The notes beneath the pieces are model-generated. The model searched no databases. It was not told the origin of the DNA and saw only the letters and a program-made list of their open reading frames with translations. Both the position numbers and the translations under genes were made by a program. DNA of 40,896 bases from Nitrospinota bacterium (GTDB taxonomy: Bacteria > Nitrospinota_A > UBA7883): NCBI GenBank assembly GCA_016207925.1, contig JACQZB010000079.1, positions 1 through 40,896 of the forward strand, in the 5' to 3' direction. This document shows, one piece after another, positions 38,354 to 40,896 of the stretch. Within the stretch, counting starts at the first letter, position 1, and each line of letters opens with the position of its first letter.

Positions 38354-39238
38354 ATGAAACTCGGCAAACACCTAATCAACCTCGCGCTGTTCAAGCTGGG
38401 CGCCACGCGCCCATCTTGCGGCCCCTTGAAGGTTCAGTGGGAGATCACCTACCACTGCAACTTAAGGTGCCGCCATTGCCAGATATGGCAAATCCCCGCC
38501 GAGGAGATCAAAAAGAACACGCTCACGCTTGATCAGCAAAAACGCATCCTCGACGATTTGGCGGCGAATGACGTGGGGCATGTGTCGTTCTCCGGCGGCG
38601 AGATGTTTCTGCAGAAGACCGTGTATGAACTCATCGCCCACGCCAAGAGCCTGGGGCTTAAAGTGGGCGGCAACTCCAACGCTTTCCTCATCAACCCGGA
38701 GATCGCGGAGAAAATCGCCCGCAGCGGGCTGGACATGCTCTACGTTTCGCTGGATGGCGACAACGCCGTCACCCACGACGCCATCCGCGGCGTGCCCGGC
38801 GCGTTTGACCACGTATTCGAGGGCGTGGCCAACCTCAAGCGCGCCGCGCCGAATATCGGGACGTTTTTCAACATGACGGTGAACGCCACCAACGTAGGGC
38901 AGATCAACGGCGTGGCCCAGCGCGCCCGCGAGGCCGGCGTGGACGGGTTGACCGTGGAAATCACCAACACCTTTGACAAGTACAGCCCCAACCCGGAGTT
39001 GATCCTCGCGCGCGAGCGATACCCGATCCTGCGCGAGCAGATCCGCGCGTTGATGCGCGGCTACCCGGACCTGCTGCCGCACCAGGAGGACTACTTCGCC
39101 GAGTTCGAAACGTACCTCACCCAGCCGGAGCGCCTGTACGCCTACCGCTGCGCGGCGGGCTACATCACCGCGCAGATACATCCCAATGGCGATTTTTATT
39201 CTTCCGCAAATTATGAACGCGTCGAACCTGTTGGGTAA
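38354..39238 (+). CDS. Radical SAM protein with truncated SPASM/twitch domain
   Basis: CNLRCRHC, SGGE, VSLDG..HD.IRG. CAAG..IHPNGD is not followed by the expected PC; the sequence switches near 39199. Confidence 0.85.
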   Translation: MKLGKHLINLALFKLGATRPSCGPLKVQWEITYHCNLRCRHCQIWQIPAEEIKKNTLTLDQQKRILDDLAANDVGHVSFSGGEMFLQKTVYELIAHAKSLGLKVGGNSNAFLINPEIAEKIARSGLDMLYVSLDGDNAVTHDAIRGVPGAFDHVFEGVANLKRAAPNIGTFFNMTVNATNVGQINGVAQRAREAGVDGLTVEITNTFDKYSPNPELILARERYPILREQIRALMRGYPDLLPHQEDYFAEFETYLTQPERLYAYRCAAGYITAQIHPNGDFYSSANYERVEPVG

Positions 39239-40199
39239 ATATTTCGCCTATCTCAAGCGCGACCTGCGTGTTAATGGGCTTCCCGCGAGGTTATGGATCG
39301 AACCGACGCCTTCGTGCAACTTCAAGTGCGGCCATTGCCCCAACGGCATGGACATGAAGTATCCCACCGGCCTGATGAAGATGGACCTGTTCACTAGCCT
39401 GGTTGACCAACTTGCCGGCGCCGGCGCGGAAGTCAACCTGTTCCACCGGGGCGAGTCGTTGATCCATCCCAGGCTTGCGCTGATGGTGGAGCAATGCGCG
39501 GCGCGGGGATTGAAAACCCGCCTGCACACCAACGCGGGGCTGCTCACGCGCGAGAAATCGCGTGCGCTGATCGCGGCGGGGCTGAATTACATTTCGTTCT
39601 CCGTGGATGGCTATACGCGCGAAGTGTACAACCGCGTGCGCCTCGGCGGCGACTTTGACGAAACCGTGGCCAACATCCGCGACTTTTTGCATATCAAATC
39701 GGAGCATGGCGGCGGAAAACCGTTCAGCGTTGTCCAGGTGATGGAAATCGGCGAGGAGGCGCCCGGCAAGGCGGAGCGGCGGCGCGCGTTCCGCAAGCTG
39801 TTCGAGGGCTTGCCGCTGGACCGTTTTGTGACCCGTACGCCGCACAACTGGGCGGGTGAGGCGGAAAAATTCGGTCATGGCGTCGCGGCCACCGGCCAAC
39901 AGCGTTTTACCCCCTGCACCTTCCTGTGGTATTCGATGACCATATTCTTTGATGGAACCGTGGCGCCGTGCCCGCAGGATTTCTTCGGCAAGATCAACAT
40001 CGGCGACGTGTCCAAAAATACGCTGGCGGAGGTGTGGAACAACGAAGCCATGCGCGAAATGCGCCGCCGGATGAAAGCGCAGGATGTAAAGGGATTGCAT
40101 CCGTGCGCAACGTGCGACATGCTCACCCGCAAAACCTTCATGGGCGTACCGCGCAATTACCTCGTCACTTTTCTTAAGGACAACCTGCTGATACGGTGA
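39213..40199 (+). CDS. Radical SAM/SPASM domain protein
   Basis: IEPTPSCNFKCGHC, GES, HTNA, FSVDG, PC..LW..DGTVAPC..D, PCATC. Confidence 0.9.
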   Translation: MNASNLLGKYFAYLKRDLRVNGLPARLWIEPTPSCNFKCGHCPNGMDMKYPTGLMKMDLFTSLVDQLAGAGAEVNLFHRGESLIHPRLALMVEQCAARGLKTRLHTNAGLLTREKSRALIAAGLNYISFSVDGYTREVYNRVRLGGDFDETVANIRDFLHIKSEHGGGKPFSVVQVMEIGEEAPGKAERRRAFRKLFEGLPLDRFVTRTPHNWAGEAEKFGHGVAATGQQRFTPCTFLWYSMTIFFDGTVAPCPQDFFGKINIGDVSKNTLAEVWNNEAMREMRRRMKAQDVKGLHPCATCDMLTRKTFMGVPRNYLVTFLKDNLLIR

Positions 40200-40896
40200 G
40201 CGCGTCCGACGATTGCCCCGGCTGCAAAAATAATCGCTCCGCGGACAGCGGGGAGACCTTGGGAAAAATCCGCGCCTCGCAGGGCGAAAACCGCGTTCTG
40301 GTGACCGGCGCCGCCGGATTCACCGGCAAACGGCTGGTGACGGCGCTGGCCGCGCGCGGCTACCGTGCGCGCGCGCTTGTCCGCCATGACAATGACGACG
40401 CGGAACTTAAAGCCGCCCGCGCGCAGATTTACACGGGCGACATCCGCGATCCCAAGGTGGTGGATTGGGCCATGGACGGAGTCACCGGCGTGTACCACCT
40501 CGCCTCCATTGTGCAAAAGGCGGGAATATCAGATCAGGAATTTTGGGATACCCATGTGCGCGCCACGGAACTGCTGCTAGAGGCGGCGCGCAAGTACGGC
40601 GTCCGCAAGATCGTCCATTGTTCCACCATCGGCGTGTTGGGCCACATCGCCCATCCGCCCGCGGATGAAACCGCTCCCTATAACGTCGAGGACATTTACC
40701 AGATCACCAAGGCGGAGGGGGAGAAAAAGGCGCTGGCGTTTTTCCAAGCCACGGGGTTGCCGGTGACGGTGGTCCGCCCCGCGGCGGTGTACGGACCGGG
40801 CGACACGCGGCTGCTGAAGCTGTTCAGGCTGATCGCGCGCGGCAGGTTCTATATTATTGGCGACGGCGCCGCGCTCATCCATCCCGTGTACGTGGA
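40196..40896 (+). CDS. NAD-dependent epimerase/dehydratase, 3'-partial
   Basis: Not in the ORF track because it has no stop in the window. GTG 40196 opens MSASDDCPGCK..RVLVTGAAGFTG..YHLA..HCST..YQITK..RPAAVYGPGD. Confidence 0.9.
   Translation, partial: MSASDDCPGCKNNRSADSGETLGKIRASQGENRVLVTGAAGFTGKRLVTALAARGYRARALVRHDNDDAELKAARAQIYTGDIRDPKVVDWAMDGVTGVYHLASIVQKAGISDQEFWDTHVRATELLLEAARKYGVRKIVHCSTIGVLGHIAHPPADETAPYNVEDIYQITKAEGEKKALAFFQATGLPVTVVRPAAVYGPGDTRLLKLFRLIARGRFYIIGDGAALIHPVYV

Overview
A GC-rich bacterial chromosomal segment, probably from a metagenome assembly; the gene content would fit a Nitrospinota- or Deltaproteobacteria-like organism (inference only). The housekeeping backbone is an Fe-alcohol dehydrogenase, a peptide ABC binding protein, secG, an ECF sigma/zinc anti-sigma pair, an SpsF-like cytidylyltransferase, sucCD-korAB-ndk, anmK, an M20 amidohydrolase, a large HPr-domain protein, dnaB, alr, mlaEFD, nadC and the start of a glycan cluster with three radical SAM genes. 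Accessory inserts are a decayed TA/TetR/AhpD block after dnaB, a Dam-like MTase with a SacI-like REase, HicBA, an RHH-PIN pair and a TcmP-DUF5131 pair. The most notable observation is two identical back-to-back ECF-type promoters (GGGAATAAAA-N12-CGTCTTAT). One faces the sigma/anti-sigma operon; the other faces an unannotated ~140-nt multi-hairpin RNA with three C-rich anti-Shine-Dalgarno-like motifs, a candidate ECF-controlled sRNA. Also seen: apparent complete avoidance of RTCGAY and GAGCTC (manual count), a synonymously diverged duplicate of a gene 3' end bracketing defence cassettes, and five abrupt internal deletions that may be assembly artefacts. No tRNA, rRNA, CRISPR array or transposase was recognised.
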